Of a stretch of DNA of 64,000 bases, positions 62,201 to 64,000 are shown in pieces. A program made the position numbers and the translations under genes. The notes below the pieces were generated by a model that was not told the DNA's origin, did not search any database, and worked only from the letters and a program-made list of their open reading frames with translations. The stretch is from an uncultured delta proteobacterium (GTDB lineage: Bacteria > Myxococcota_A > Polyangia > Polyangiales > Polyangiaceae), in NCBI GenBank assembly GCA_963850305.1, contig CAWKKR010000007.1, positions 992,001-1,056,000 on the forward strand, read 5' to 3'. Every line of letters begins with the position of its first letter. The stretch's first letter is position 1.

Positions 62201-63878
62201 CGACGCGATGACGATTCCGTCGGGGCCCAGCGCTTCGTAGATGCCGGCCTTGGATACGGGCGGCTCGATTGCGACACCATCCACGGCTCGCGCCCGGACG
62301 TCGCCCGACGGGCCACGAATCGTGACCATCGACGTGCCTGACGCGACAGGGATGCGGAGAATGTCGTCCGTCCACGCGGGCGACCCCAGCGCCCGCTGGC
62401 GATCCGAGCGCGCGAGCTCGGCGATGTTCCGGACGAAGAGGACGAACGAAACTCGAAGCGGCCAATCACTTTCGGTCGGATCGAAGGAGACGAGCGTCCC
62501 CGTGCGGCCGGCTAATGACAGATCCGAGAATCAATGGGGTCTCGCCGGAGGTGAGGAGGGCCGCCATCCGCGGAGCGACGAGCGAACGCGCGAGGTGCAC
62601 GTGCAGGTCGGACAGAGCTAGAAATCGAAACCGTGGGTCCCGATCCGACCAGGTGGTAATTGGCGGGTCGCGCACCACGTCGCCCACGCCGACACCGAGG
62701 CAGTCTCCCGGCGGCGGGTCGATAACCAGGAGATCCGCGAGAGGCGGGGCTACGGGGCACACGCCGACACTCACGACCAGGGCACCTTCGGGTACGCGCG
62801 CCGAATCCAGTGCACCCGGCGGTGCCTCGAACAACTCGACGCCGGGATCCGCTGCGAGCGCGCGTCGCAGCCAGGGGCCGCGGCCGGGCGGGGTGATGAC
62901 GACCGGGAGCGTAGGGCCCGGCGGGAGCAGGGCGAACGCCCGATCGTCGACGGCGAGCGCATCGCTGGGCGTCACATCGACGAGGATTCCTTTGCCCGTG
63001 TCCTTCGGCTGGACGGTGAACGAGAGAGTCGCGTAGGCGCGCCCGCCCGGCTCGATGTCGAGTTCCCGTGAACCGAGGAGGTCGCCTCTGGCAGAGCGCA
63101 CCGACACGAGGCGTGTCGTGTGACGCGCGCCGAAGTTCCGTGCCGCAACGAAGACGCTCGCCTCGTCGTCATGCGAGCTCGGATCCGACGTTCGACGAAC
63201 CGTCACTCCGTCGATCCCGACGTTGTCGTCGAAATTGCCAACGCGGACGATTTGGGTCGGCGCGCGGTCGGTGAAGGGTACATCGCCGTTCACGTCGGTA
63301 ACCACGACGACGCGCCGCGAGCCTGCGCCCTTGCCGAGCCTGTCCAGCGCTAGCACGAGGGCACTCGGAAGGTCCGAATGTCCCTCGCGCACGCGAAGTC
63401 GATCCACCATTCGACCGAGCGTTCCCCGGTCACGCGTGAAGGCACCAAGAGGGGCGGGCTCCGCCGCTGCGTCGACGATCGCCGCCTCGGTGCGCGCGGG
63501 CAGGCGACCGAGGTAGTCGTGAATCCACGCGCGGGCGAGCTCGAAACGGATCGCGCCATTCGTGGTGGCCGCCATCGAGGCGCTGGTGTCGACGACGATG
63601 ACGACGCGATCGTCCACGGGCGACCCCCCACGACGCACGGGGCCCGACAGCGCGAGCGCCAAGAAGACCAAGGTGACGCCCTCGAAGAAAAACGTCACGT
63701 CCAGCAAGACCCGCCGCAGCGAGCTCGTCGCAGCCCTGTCGTCCACGGCCGCGCGAAACAAAACCAGGGACGAGACGACCCGGCGCGTGCGTCTCGAGCG
63801 AAGGAAATAGAGCGCCGCCAGGGGTCCGAGCAGCGCGAGGAGACAGAGCCCGCTAGGATTGCTCAGCGCGAACGGCAC
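59234..63878 (-). CDS. Large membrane protein BatA-vWA ... vWA-GATase-like-vWA, apparent frameshift near 62520
   Basis: BatA-like N-terminus (LYFLR..VSSL); MIDAS motifs DTSAS, DRSRS, DSSGS; GGGLMLFGG..GGY..TPVEE; frames 62466..63953 and 59234..62329 join via GTLVSFDPTESDWPLRVSFVLFVRN. Confidence 0.75.
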
Positions 63879-64000
63879 GGGTTCTTTGCCACGCCGCGTA
63901 CGACGCTGCTCGGTCCGCCCGGATCGAGGCGAGACGCCGGTCGATTTCGGCAACCCCCACCCGCTGGATCGTCTTCAGGTTCGTTCGCGCGATGCGTTCG

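Overview
GC-rich bacterial chromosomal window, most likely from a myxobacterium of the Polyangiaceae/Sorangiineae type. This is inferred from the MglA-family GTPase, the Ser/Thr kinase + PEGA + Cys-rich repeat module and many Gly/Ser-linker lipoproteins. In order it holds: a putative lipid uptake/degradation region (FadL-like porin, lipoproteins, TetR with TGAC-N6-GTCA palindromes, an acyl-CoA dehydrogenase pair, SCP2, TRAP solute-binding protein); a sigma54 stress block (2 USPs, Hsp20, ald, NtrC-type activator, hybrid kinase); tRNA-Pro(CGG); housekeeping genes (nadB, hflX, thrB, argH, thiL, nrdJ with tandem NrdR boxes); one complete IS110-family element; an M16 peptidase pair; acetoacetate-CoA ligase; plsB-mepA-DNA methyltransferase; a degenerate OppD/OppF ATPase pair; and a vWA protein. 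The most notable signal is the IS110. Its upstream non-coding end folds into two parallel loops carrying exact copies of its target and circle-junction sequences (bridge/seekRNA). The target flank also mimics the element's own left end, including a covarying DNA hairpin and a distal CCCCGA motif that recurs in the RNA, which suggests an unusual split recognition mode. About five apparent frameshifts in otherwise intact genes suggest assembly indel errors. All calls come from motif reading only; no database searches were run.
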